This document shows positions 41,550-50,768 of a stretch of DNA of 64,000 nucleotides, piece after piece; the stretch's first letter is position 1, and each line of letters begins with the position of its first letter. This DNA comes from Methanoregula sp. (GTDB lineage: Archaea; Halobacteriota; Methanomicrobia; Methanomicrobiales; Methanospirillaceae): contig JBAZHD010000005.1 of NCBI GenBank assembly GCA_041652515.1, positions 3,690 to 67,689 of the forward strand, written 5' to 3'. Both the position numbers and the translations under genes were made by a program. The notes under the pieces are model-generated. The model saw nothing but the letters and a program-made list of their open reading frames with translations, searched no databases and had not been told where the DNA came from.

Positions 41550-42428
41550 ATGCAGATTACCCCCGCAATCCACGCGCTCAGGCACCCGTTCAAAATCCCG
41601 GTTGCGCCCGGCATCGCCTTAGACCGTTTCGTATACTCATATATTCTGGCAGGTGAGACGATCACCCTCATAGATACGGGAGTGGCCGGTTGTGAGAATG
41701 CTATCTTTGACTATATCCGGTTAATCAGCCGCGATCCCCGCGAGATCTCCCTCATTATTCTCACCCACTCGCACCCGGACCACATCGGAGCGGCAAAAGC
41801 AATCCGCGAGGCAACCGGCTGCAGTGTGATGGCACATCCGGCCGAACGGGCATGGATAGAGGATGTGGATCGCCAGAACCAGGAACGCCCGGTGCCCGGG
41901 TTTTCAACCCTTGTCGGGGGTTCTGTCCAGCTGGACCATGAGCTGGCAGAAGGCGATGTTATCGATACGGACGGAACAGAAGAATATGAGATACAGGTAT
42001 ACCACACACCCGGTCATTCTGCGGGTTCGGTGTCGCTCCTCATCCAGGCAGAAAGGGCACTGTTCTGTGGCGATTCCGTGCCGGTCGAGGGGGACCTCCC
42101 GGTCTATGACGATGCCCGGCAATCCGTACGATCGGTTAAAAAAATTCAGGCAATCCGGGGGATCCGCGTCCTTCTCTCTGCATGGGATGAGCCGCGGATG
42201 GGTGATGCCGCATACCGGCAGATGGACCGGGCGATTGCGTATCTGCAGAAGATTCACGAGACCGTAATCGCTGTTTCTGCTGACGGGACAACCGACCCGA
42301 TGGAGATTGCAAGAAGAGCTGCTCCTCTTATCGGACTGCCCCCCCAGGCAGTCACACCACTGCTCGCCCGCACCCTTGCAGCGAATATGAGGGCGTCAGA
42401 TTCTCCGGATCTGGTTCCAAAAACCTGA
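41550..42428 (+). CDS. MBL-fold metallo-hydrolase
   Basis: LIDTG, THSHPDHIG, HTPGHSAG, FCGD. Confidence 0.9.
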   Translation: MQITPAIHALRHPFKIPVAPGIALDRFVYSYILAGETITLIDTGVAGCENAIFDYIRLISRDPREISLIILTHSHPDHIGAAKAIREATGCSVMAHPAERAWIEDVDRQNQERPVPGFSTLVGGSVQLDHELAEGDVIDTDGTEEYEIQVYHTPGHSAGSVSLLIQAERALFCGDSVPVEGDLPVYDDARQSVRSVKKIQAIRGIRVLLSAWDEPRMGDAAYRQMDRAIAYLQKIHETVIAVSADGTTDPMEIARRAAPLIGLPPQAVTPLLARTLAANMRASDSPDLVPKT

Positions 42429-42455
42429 AACAGATCCGCCATAGGATTGAGGGAA

Positions 42456-43151
42456 TTACGGGTGTTCCCTGATATCCTGCAGCCATGAATCAAACTCCCG
42501 GTAGAATCGTTGGATCCGTTCTGTCTCCTCTGCAGTCCGCGTCCCGGTTTTTTCCCGGTAAAACCGGGCATGGGACATTACATCCCCATAATCCTGCTCC
42601 CCGTCGAGAGGATTCAGATCCTGTTCATTGCGGGTCCGGTATGGCTCATTCGTCGTTGTCCGGCAGAATGCTGTCCGCACCGATGACCGAAGCTGTTTCA
42701 CGGCACAGAGAGTATCTGTCCGCCCGTCCCAGTGCCGGTTGACCGGAAAACCCCCGCGGGCAAGCGGCAGGTCCCATGTGGCATCCACGAGGATCCAGCA
42801 GGAATCGATCCGGACACGGCATGCAAGATGGTGTGCAACCGGAAGACCAATTGCCAGCTCCCGAAGGTCAGGTGGGTAATGAAGGTCCGGGTCGTTCCAG
42901 AGGAATGGGAACGTGGCATAGACAACGTCGTACCCAAGCCTGCGGTACATCTCCGCAAGGAGGTAGTGTTTCGGGCCGCAGTTCCCCCTGCCGCGGGAAA
43001 GAATCTGCTCCGGTGCAGTATCCGGGTCGGCCAGGGTCACAGCAAAGGAGTACGGGATGTCACGAATGTGCTCATAAACAGCGACGAGAGCGTCCTTTCC
43101 ATCGAGACCTGTCGTCCATTCCCTGAATTTTTCATCAACCAGCATGAACAT
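42456..43151 (-). CDS. Transglutaminase-like domain protein
   Basis: IRDIPY, GNCGPKH (Cys), HLAC (His), WILVDATWD (Asp) triad pattern. Confidence 0.75.
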   Translation of the reverse strand: MFMLVDEKFREWTTGLDGKDALVAVYEHIRDIPYSFAVTLADPDTAPEQILSRGRGNCGPKHYLLAEMYRRLGYDVVYATFPFLWNDPDLHYPPDLRELAIGLPVAHHLACRVRIDSCWILVDATWDLPLARGGFPVNRHWDGRTDTLCAVKQLRSSVRTAFCRTTTNEPYRTRNEQDLNPLDGEQDYGDVMSHARFYREKTGTRTAEETERIQRFYREFDSWLQDIREHP

Positions 43152-43338
43152 CCCTCAATATGGTACGATCCTGCAAAGACCACTTTTCTCTGTGCGGACA
43201 ATTCAATGTTGAGGTCACGAGTCGGGTGGGCAGGAGATTAAAACGAGAAACTCCCCCGAAGGGGAAAATATTGTGCAGTCCCGCCGGCCGGATTGCTCCG
43301 GACGGCAGACGGACCGCGTGCAAAAGGAAAAAGTGAGA

Positions 43339-43554
43339 TTATGCGTTCTTCATCTTGGCTTTTGCGACGAATCCGTCTTTGCCAATGTAGTACATGAAGC
43401 CCTTTTCCTTGGCGATCTTTTCAGTTCCGACTTTCTTCTTCTTGCCGGTCTTGTTGTGCTTCATCGGGGCTGCCCAGACGTATCCATCTTTGCCGATAAA
43501 GTAGAGGTAGCCCTTTTCGCGCTGGATCTTTTCTTTTCCAATTTTGGTTCCCAT
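43339..43554 (-). CDS. Small lysine-rich protein with two tandem internal repeats, function unknown
   Basis: GAGGTG SD, TTTATAT promoter-like motif and T-tract after the stop; repeated EKIx(R/K)EKGxxYxIGKDGxV unit. Confidence 0.8.
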   Translation of the reverse strand: MGTKIGKEKIQREKGYLYFIGKDGYVWAAPMKHNKTGKKKKVGTEKIAKEKGFMYYIGKDGFVAKAKMKNA

Positions 43555-44010
43555 TTAAACACCTCAAAACCTCTATTGGGTTTTGATAATGAAAGGTGTC
43601 GCCTGATAATATAAAAGGTTTCCGTCGAAAGCCCGTCGAAGTTCGGATTTTTGCCACTTATTTAAGGTCCTTTTGGTCATTGTGGCGCACTATCTTGTCC
43701 GTTTGAAATCGCCATTAAAATGCCCCATTTCGTATAAAACCAACGGTATGCTGCCAGAATGCTGACTGGGGCGGTATGGTGCACCGGAAGCGGAAGCGCA
43801 GCAACGGGGGGTTTTTGTTGGGAGGTCTACCGGGGGTGCGGCAGGATCAACCCTGAGTCATGACCGGCTGGATACTGAAAGGATTCTTCCGGGTTATTGC
43901 CAGAGGCAGGGTCACGCCATCCGTGCTGAATATGATAGTGAATGTCCATAAGGGGAGATTCCTTCCCGCAGGAAAAGGCTCTCCCGATTTTTATCACCGC
44001 GGGTTCCGGA

Positions 44011-45375
44011 TCATGCCTTTTTCCGGTGATCGATAAGACGCTTGGGCCGGCCTTTCTGATGGAAGAGTTCAAGATCGCCGGGCTCCGTGAACGTGATGGC
44101 AATCTTCAGGTTGCCTTCAACGTACTCAAGGGCAAGCCCGGGTTTGAATTTCAGGAAGCGATCGATAACACGATCCGTGATACCTTTCCTGTCGCACTGG
44201 TTGGTATCCAGGCATTCGACGCTGATCCGGAGGACCACCTCGCCAGGGACATCACCATCATCAATAAACGATTCATATTCACCAGTGAGATCCTCCATAT
44301 TCTCCATCTGGAAAACCGCCGCCTCGACATCAACACGGTTCATTGCATTGTCAAAGATCCACGCGGTCTCTGCTTCCCGCTGGGGATTATAGATCCGCAT
44401 GTGTGTCCTGCCACATTCACACGTGTTTCTGGACAGGATAACGGTAGTATCCTCGGTATCGTAATTCAGGAGGAGCATCCCGCTTTTCCCGCCAACCGGC
44501 AGGAGTGTTGTAAGGATCGCCCGGCCGCACTCACCGTCTGGTACATAGGATCCTAATCTTGGATCGTATACATCCAGATGTACTATATCCTCAGGCACAT
44601 GGAGGCCATTGAGGCGGGTGCATTCACCGCACATGGAACCTTCAGTACTGCCGTAGGTGTTGAAGACAGGACAGCCCCATTTTTCGGACAGGTATTTCCG
44701 GGACTCCTCCGCAAAACTCTCTCCGCCGGCAACCAGTTTGTCTACAGCGATATCTGAAGGCTTGACCCCTTCCGCTTTCAGCCGCCGTCTGAGCCGGAGA
44801 AGTTTGAAGACACTTCCCACAATGGCCGTAGGACGGTAATTCCTGAGGATCCGGGAATCAAAGGAGCACTTACCGAAGGGGATGACTCCCATGCCGATCT
44901 TGTGTGCAGCCACCGTCATCGTGTTTGCCCCGACACTCATACCGTAAGAGGCACAGATAACGATCCTATCCCTGGGGGAAAAACCCTGCGAGATAAAGCT
45001 CCGGGCATATTTTTCCGCGTACCGGTTCCAGTCATCACTGGTTAAGAAGAATCCTTTGGGGGTTCCGCTCGTGCCGCTCGTCTCCTGGATTGAGAAGACA
45101 TTGGACCAGTCCGTGGACAGGAACCGGAATTCCGGCGTTACGGGCGGCTGGTTCTCCCGTATTGTCTTTCCGGAAATAAGGGGAAGCGCAAGAAGGTCCT
45201 CGTGGACACGAATCTCTTCCGGGTTAATCCGGTGCTCCCGAAACCAGTGGCGATAAAAGGGGGAATGATCCGCCGCATACTGAACCGTATACCGGACCCG
45301 CTCATCGATAAGAGCGTCAAGATCGCCCCGGCCCATGGTTTCAATTTCCGGGGAGAAATAGGGTCCGTCGGGCAT
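44011..45375 (-). CDS. ftsA: Coenzyme F390 synthetase (AMP-forming ligase)
   Basis: ETSGTSGTPK, YGSTEG, LLNYDTED, RIYNPQRE; PaaK-like fold of the methanogen FtsA type. Confidence 0.8.
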   Translation of the reverse strand: MPDGPYFSPEIETMGRGDLDALIDERVRYTVQYAADHSPFYRHWFREHRINPEEIRVHEDLLALPLISGKTIRENQPPVTPEFRFLSTDWSNVFSIQETSGTSGTPKGFFLTSDDWNRYAEKYARSFISQGFSPRDRIVICASYGMSVGANTMTVAAHKIGMGVIPFGKCSFDSRILRNYRPTAIVGSVFKLLRLRRRLKAEGVKPSDIAVDKLVAGGESFAEESRKYLSEKWGCPVFNTYGSTEGSMCGECTRLNGLHVPEDIVHLDVYDPRLGSYVPDGECGRAILTTLLPVGGKSGMLLLNYDTEDTTVILSRNTCECGRTHMRIYNPQREAETAWIFDNAMNRVDVEAAVFQMENMEDLTGEYESFIDDGDVPGEVVLRISVECLDTNQCDRKGITDRVIDRFLKFKPGLALEYVEGNLKIAITFTEPGDLELFHQKGRPKRLIDHRKKA

Positions 45376-45511
45376 ACCAGAGAATTACCGGAGGATTGTT
45401 TAAAGGTTTGCGAAGCAGCAGACACAGGTGTCCATTATTGCAGGAAGTTTCCCATTATACACCGGTATGATATTTATCGCATTCAAGATCCCATAATTAC
45501 TGGAATAGCAT

Positions 45512-46636
45512 ATGTACTTCCATCTTATCCTCACTGATAACTGTAACCTCTGCTGCAGTTACTGCAGGGCAAAGGCGTTCGAGGAGATGGAAGAGAGCGA
45601 GGGTGAACGTACCCTGATCATTGATGAGAAGCTGCCCGTTGAACTGGACTTTGACCTGCCCGTGCTCTATAATTTCCTGAAAAAAGATCCCGCCCCCACG
45701 CTTACATTCTATGGTGGTGAACCGCTTCTCCGCGCAGACCTGATCGAACAGATTGTCCGGGAGGCGCCGGTCCGGCGATTTATGATGCAGACCAACGGGG
45801 TCCTGCTGGACCGGCTCCCGCCGGAAATTGTTAACCGGTTTGTTACTATCCTGGTCTCCCTTGACGGCAGCCGGGAACTCACCGATGCGAACAGGGGCAC
45901 CGGAGTCTATGAGCGGGTGATGGAGAATATAAGGGAAATCCGCGCAGGCGGATTTACCGGAGAACTGATCGCCAGGATGACGGTAACGGAGAGAACAGAT
46001 ATCGTGGAGGCAGTTCATCACCTTGCATCAAACCCGGATTACTCCTTTGCCTCAATCCACTGGCAGGTTGATGCAAATTTCGCGGGGGACTTTTCCCTGC
46101 GCAGGTTCAGCGAATGGACGCGTGACTCCTATAATCCCGGCATACGGTCGCTTGTCGATGACTGGGTTGACCATATGGAAACCGACGGGCAGGTACTGCG
46201 ATGGTACCCCTTCCTGGATCCCATGGAGGATCTCCTGCTCGGGAAGGAGAGCCGGCTCCGGTGCGGGTCCGGGTATGCCAATTACAGTATCATGACAGAT
46301 GGGAATATCGGGCCCTGTCCGGTGATGATCGGCATGAGCCAGTATTATGTCGGGCATATATCCCGGTCGCACCCTCTGGAGCTGGATCCTGTCCTTATCG
46401 GGAGGGAGTGTTCTGACTGTAGTATCCGGACGTTCTGTGGAGGCCGGTGTCTCTACTCAAACATAACCCAGCCCTGGGGGACGGCTGAACGCAGGCTTGT
46501 CTGCGGTACCGTGGAGAACCTCCGCGAGGCACTTATTACAGCACTGCCCCGTATCCGGAGTCTCATAGATCAGGGTACGATCGCATGGGGGGATTTCGCA
46601 CATGAGAAATTCAATGGCTGTGAGATCATACCTTAG
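45512..46636 (+). CDS. Radical SAM/SPASM protein (AF0577-like, putative peptide-modifying)
   Basis: CNLCCSYC, FYGGEPLL, SPASM CGSG...CP...CSDC..RTFCGGRC...C, C-terminal NGCEIIP. Confidence 0.8.
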   Translation: MYFHLILTDNCNLCCSYCRAKAFEEMEESEGERTLIIDEKLPVELDFDLPVLYNFLKKDPAPTLTFYGGEPLLRADLIEQIVREAPVRRFMMQTNGVLLDRLPPEIVNRFVTILVSLDGSRELTDANRGTGVYERVMENIREIRAGGFTGELIARMTVTERTDIVEAVHHLASNPDYSFASIHWQVDANFAGDFSLRRFSEWTRDSYNPGIRSLVDDWVDHMETDGQVLRWYPFLDPMEDLLLGKESRLRCGSGYANYSIMTDGNIGPCPVMIGMSQYYVGHISRSHPLELDPVLIGRECSDCSIRTFCGGRCLYSNITQPWGTAERRLVCGTVENLREALITALPRIRSLIDQGTIAWGDFAHEKFNGCEIIP

Positions 46637-46741
46637 ACATGCCGAAATTTGTCGGACAAATAACCGCAATATTCAGGCAGATGTATTTATACTGAATCGT
46701 TAAATGAATATTTGCAGATCAAAACTGCATGAGTAATAGCA

Positions 46742-46909
46742 ATGGAAAGAAAGAGTTTTGGGGGCCCGAGGAATTTCGGTCCCAGAGAGATGACAAAAAC
46801 AGTCTGCTCAGACTGTGGCAAAGAGTGCGAAGTCCCCTTCAAACCAACGGAAGGAAGGCCGGTCTACTGCAGGGACTGCCTGCCCAAGCACCGGAAACCC
46901 CGGTTCTGA
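46742..46909 (+). CDS. CxxC-x17-CxxC zinc-ribbon small protein (55 aa)
   Basis: Manual translation MERKSFGGPRNFGPREMTKTVCSDCGKECEVPFKPTEGRPVYCRDCLPKHRKPRF followed by a T-tract; missed by the ORF track. Confidence 0.88.
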   Translation: MERKSFGGPRNFGPREMTKTVCSDCGKECEVPFKPTEGRPVYCRDCLPKHRKPRF

Positions 46910-47020
46910 TTTCAAAATTTTTCTTTTTTTTAGGGTTTTTTCAACAGTATTGTTCCTTCCGATTGTCCGTGAGCTCGTTCAGAGATAGGCTCAAGACAGC
47001 GGTCAGCCAATGGTTTCAGT

Positions 47021-47254
47021 ATGGCAGAATCATGGAGAGAGGCCAAGGAATGCGCACTCCGGGAGGGGCTCCCCCAGGTGTATCATGACTGCGATGGCGA
47101 AGTCTATGGGGCATGCAGGCAGGGAGAACCACAGGGCACATTCAAAGGCGGCATTTTTATCGAGCATCGCTGTATCTGTATGCCGGCACACCTGAGCGCA
47201 GAAGAACTCGATGCAAAAGAGAAGAAATTCCTTGAGGAAAACCCGGACTGGTAG
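47021..47254 (+). CDS. Hypothetical Cys/His-containing small protein (77 aa)
   Basis: Protein-like composition; HDCD, GAC, HRCIC motifs. Confidence 0.6.
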   Translation: MAESWREAKECALREGLPQVYHDCDGEVYGACRQGEPQGTFKGGIFIEHRCICMPAHLSAEELDAKEKKFLEENPDW

Positions 47255-47269
47255 CTGCGGGTACCCACG

Positions 47270-47872
47270 TTATTTCTTCTTATTGATTTCCTGGCGGAAC
47301 CGGTGGATAATATCGTACAGCATCATGCGGAATTCTGAACCGATCTCTTCCCAGGATTTCGCGTTCGGGACCGGTTGTTCTGGTTCTTTTATAACCGCCA
47401 GATGGACAACTTCTGCTCCGGCATCTGCATCCAGTTTCGGCTGCAACCAGAGCCGGCGCATGATCTCAAAGTATCCCGTAGCAAGAACGATAAGAAAGAC
47501 CAGGGGCACAACAAGGAACGAGACCAGCCAGAAAGCAGGATAGAGACTCATGGTTGTGACGGTATCAACCCACTGGAATACACGGAGGATAAAAGCAATG
47601 CAGAAGACACTCCCGATCGCCTTGATAATCGGTGCCGGGAGATTGAGCGGGAACGGGAAAGCCCCGAAGATATCTGCAACCAGCAGGATGACCGCGATGA
47701 GACCCAGAAGCCAGAAATTCTCGTTAATGAAGGTAACACCCGAATGATAGATCGGATTTTCCACATAGTATGTCAGGATGTTGGCAAGAACGACGACAAT
47801 AAGGAAACAGATGATCCCGATCATCCGCGATACAAATACCCACCCCAATGAATTATCCCGGTTCCAGCCCAT
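47270..47872 (-). CDS. Hypothetical membrane protein
   Basis: Four TM segments; FPFPLNLPAP; soluble C-terminal SWEEIG motif. Confidence 0.75.
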   Translation of the reverse strand: MGWNRDNSLGWVFVSRMIGIICFLIVVVLANILTYYVENPIYHSGVTFINENFWLLGLIAVILLVADIFGAFPFPLNLPAPIIKAIGSVFCIAFILRVFQWVDTVTTMSLYPAFWLVSFLVVPLVFLIVLATGYFEIMRRLWLQPKLDADAGAEVVHLAVIKEPEQPVPNAKSWEEIGSEFRMMLYDIIHRFRQEINKKK

Positions 47873-47982
47873 AGTTCAGCCCCCCAAAAATTCTGTACAG
47901 GATTTGCCGGTCGTATTAAATAGCCTTCTTGATTTTCCTCCGGCACCAGAATTCGTATAATCCATATCGACAATCATCGGGT

Positions 47983-48391
47983 ATGCAGGTTAATTATCAG
48001 CACTACGGGCCCTGTTTCCTCCGCGGGCAGGTAAGCACCCCTACCCTTGTGGATCAGGAATCATCCTCGCATCCATGGGGCAGATTGTGGCGGCGGTCGT
48101 GGCAAACCTGATCGGAGGGCCCCTCTTCTTCCGGGCAGACCAGTTCTTTTTTACTTCGCAGTCGCTCGCTGCGCAATGGGAAGTGAAGGAAAACATAACC
48201 TGCATGGACCTGTAAAGATCGCCCGCGGGTACCTCCTGGTACGTTCCGGGGACTATGACAGGACGCATGACCACGAACCCGGTGTTCGGTGCGAAGAGCG
48301 TTCTTGGAGAAAACCGGAGATGCGTAAGGAGCGGGAGGTAAAAACCAAAAAATTTTCCCGATTCCATACAACGACAGCTTTTTTCTCGTAA
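47983..48391 (+). pseudogene. Degraded gene for a small membrane plus zinc-ribbon protein (two frameshifts)
   Basis: Three consecutive frames give MQVNYQHYG...QVSTPTL / IILASMGQIVAAVVANLIGGPLFF...QWEVKENITCMDL* / KIARGYLLVRSGDYDRTHDHEPGVRCEERS. Confidence 0.55.
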
Positions 48392-48511
48392 TTGTAGTCT
48401 TAGGTTTTTGTGAGGGGGCAGGAATCCTCGCTCCATACCGCTGTGCTGAACACCATTTTCCTATACACTAATGCAATAATAAATGCAACAATACGCAAAT
48501 AATTACAACAA

Positions 48512-48527
48512 TGTATAAATATGTACA
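48512..48527 (+). promoter_or_regulatory. trp operon promoter: TATA box overlapped by paired TRP-box-like hexamers
   Basis: TGTATA-AATA-TGTACA containing TATAAATA (48514-48521). Confidence 0.6.
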
Positions 48528-48660
48528 AAGTAGACTTGTATGAAATCAGTTCGCACAGTCCCGGTTTATCCGATACCGCGGGCCTTATTGCGAAAAATGG
48601 TGTTCAGAATAACCGGAGAGCCCCGTTCCGCTGGGGAACCGGTCAACAGGTAACCAGCAT

Positions 48661-50190
48661 ATGACAACCGGAATACAACTCAACCTGCAGCTCCAGGAAT
48701 TCATGACAGCGGTGAATGACCAGCCCAAGCCGCTGATCATCCCTCTTTGTACAGAACTGCCGCTCCGGGAAATCTCACCCCTTGATATCTATACGAGCAC
48801 CCGGACCGGATGTGGATTCCTGCTCGAATCCATGGAAGGCAGCGAAAAACTCGCCCGTTACTCGTTCATCGGCATTGACCCGGAGTTCGTGATCACCCTC
48901 GGGAAAACCGTGGACCTGCAGGGCAGGGAACCGTTCATCTCCATTGCCCGGGAGCCGGAGGGAAAGGATCCCGTTGAAAGGATCAAATCGGTCCTCTCGA
49001 GATTCCATTACATGAACGTAAAGGCTCCCCGCTTTTTCGGGGGTATGGTCGGCTACTTTGCTTACGACTGCATCTACTCCCTGTTTGAGAAAGTGAGGGA
49101 GGGAAAACAGGGATCACCGAAATACGACCACGATCAGCCTGATGCCTGTTTCATGTTCGCCAAGGATTGTATCGTCATCGATCACCGGGATAAGAAGATG
49201 TATATCTTCTCCAGCCCGTTCCTGACGTATGATACGGACATTGAGTGCGAATATAATAAATGTGCAGAGAGGATCCGGGCTCTCGCTGATCATATCAACG
49301 CAATTACCCCGGGGAAACGAGACCAGCATATAAAACACTCAAACCCTGCCAGGTGTGCACCGTTCACATCACAGGTATCGCAGGATGCGTTTGAACGGTC
49401 AGTCAATCTGGTCAAGGAGCATATAATCGCAGGTGACATCTTCCAGGCCGTTCTCTCGCGGCGGATCGAGTGCCGGATCGCAGACGATCCCTTTGCGGTT
49501 TATGCCGCACTCCGCGAGATCAACCCGAGCCCGTACATGTATTACCTGGATTTTGGCAACGAGAAAGTGATCGGGGCAAGCCCCGAGATGCTGGTGCGTG
49601 TGGAGAAGAGGAAAGTAACCACCGTACCAATTGCAGGGACACGTCCCCGGGGGAAAACCCCGGCAGAAGATGAGCAGTTTGCGCAGGATCTCCTGGCCGA
49701 TGCAAAAGAGCGTGCCGAGCATACGATGCTCGTCGATCTTGCAAGAAACGATATCGGGAGGGTATGCCGGTTCGGGTCAGTCGAAGTCAATGAATTCATG
49801 ACCATTGAAAAATTCTCCCATGTCCAGCATATCGTATCGACCGTGAACGGGACGCTGAAGGATAACCTTGACTGTTACGATGCATTCAGGTCGTGTTTCC
49901 CCGCAGGCACGGTTTCCGGGGCGCCGAAGATCCGGGCAATGCAGATCATCGGTGAACAGGAATCGGTATCGCGCGGCCTTTATGCGGGGGCCGTGGGGTA
50001 TATCGGATTTGACCGGAACCTCGATTTCGCCATCGCAATCCGTACGGTGATCGTCCGGGACGGGACTGCATATGTTCAGGTTGGTGCCGGGATCGTTGCC
50101 GATTCTGTACCGGCAAACGAGTGGACCGAGACCGAGAACAAGGCTGCAGCAATGATACGGGCGATCGAGCGGTCGGGTGCGTGTCTATGA
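48661..50190 (+). CDS. trpE: Anthranilate synthase component I
   Basis: FLLES, RYSFIG, GDIFQAVLS, NPSPYM, EHTMLVDLARND, SGAPKIRAM. Confidence 0.96.
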   Translation: MTTGIQLNLQLQEFMTAVNDQPKPLIIPLCTELPLREISPLDIYTSTRTGCGFLLESMEGSEKLARYSFIGIDPEFVITLGKTVDLQGREPFISIAREPEGKDPVERIKSVLSRFHYMNVKAPRFFGGMVGYFAYDCIYSLFEKVREGKQGSPKYDHDQPDACFMFAKDCIVIDHRDKKMYIFSSPFLTYDTDIECEYNKCAERIRALADHINAITPGKRDQHIKHSNPARCAPFTSQVSQDAFERSVNLVKEHIIAGDIFQAVLSRRIECRIADDPFAVYAALREINPSPYMYYLDFGNEKVIGASPEMLVRVEKRKVTTVPIAGTRPRGKTPAEDEQFAQDLLADAKERAEHTMLVDLARNDIGRVCRFGSVEVNEFMTIEKFSHVQHIVSTVNGTLKDNLDCYDAFRSCFPAGTVSGAPKIRAMQIIGEQESVSRGLYAGAVGYIGFDRNLDFAIAIRTVIVRDGTAYVQVGAGIVADSVPANEWTETENKAAAMIRAIERSGACL

Positions 50191-50768
50191 ACGTTCTGAT
50201 CGTGGACTGTTACGACAGTTTCACCTTCAACCTCTACCAGCAGGTGGGACGGCTTGGAGGAAAACCGGTTGTATTTCCCTGCGATACGCCACTTGAAGTA
50301 CTGCAGAAAAGCGGATGTGACCGGATCATCCTCTCTCCGGGGCCGGGTACTCCGGATGATTCCGGTGTATGCCGCGATGTACTGGAAAGCATGAGCAGGA
50401 CCATACCAACGCTCGGGGTCTGTCTCGGGCACCAGACTATCTGCATGGCGTTCGGTGGAAAGGTTGTCCGTGCACCGCACCTGATGCATGGGAAGACTTC
50501 CCCAATCCTTCACAAGGGAACGGGGATCTTCACCGGGATCCCGACACCATTCACTGCAACCCGGTACCATTCGCTGGTGGCATCGCAGGAATCCCTGCCG
50601 GCCGAGCTGGAAGTAACTGCAACCAGCAGAGATGACGGGTACGTGATGGGTGTCCGGCATACCCGGTACCCGATCGATGGAGTCCAGTTCCATCCCGAAA
50701 GTATCCTCTCACCAGAGGGTGACCGGCTCATCAGGAATTTCCTGTACCCGAAGGGGGTGCCATCATGA
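50187..50768 (+). CDS. trpG: Anthranilate synthase component II
   Basis: [31 protein letters not shown]; ATG 50187. Confidence 0.95.
   Translation: MNVLIVDCYDSFTFNLYQQVGRLGGKPVVFPCDTPLEVLQKSGCDRIILSPGPGTPDDSGVCRDVLESMSRTIPTLGVCLGHQTICMAFGGKVVRAPHLMHGKTSPILHKGTGIFTGIPTPFTATRYHSLVASQESLPAELEVTATSRDDGYVMGVRHTRYPIDGVQFHPESILSPEGDRLIRNFLYPKGVPS

Noticed and set aside
43827-43949. Possible 40-aa ORF (MDIHYHIQHG...) downstream of ftsA
   Set aside because: No clear SD, motif or compositional support
46729-47088. 119-aa ORF in the supplied track
   Set aside because: Wrong frame; the real gene is the 55-aa CxxC-x17-CxxC protein at 46742-46909
40718-48400. Integrated element or provirus at tRNA-Val
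   Set aside because: No integrase, transposase or viral genes, and no att-like duplication of the tRNA 3' end was found
48540-48653. Classical Trp attenuator leader peptide
   Set aside because: No Trp codons in frame and no U-tract terminator before trpE
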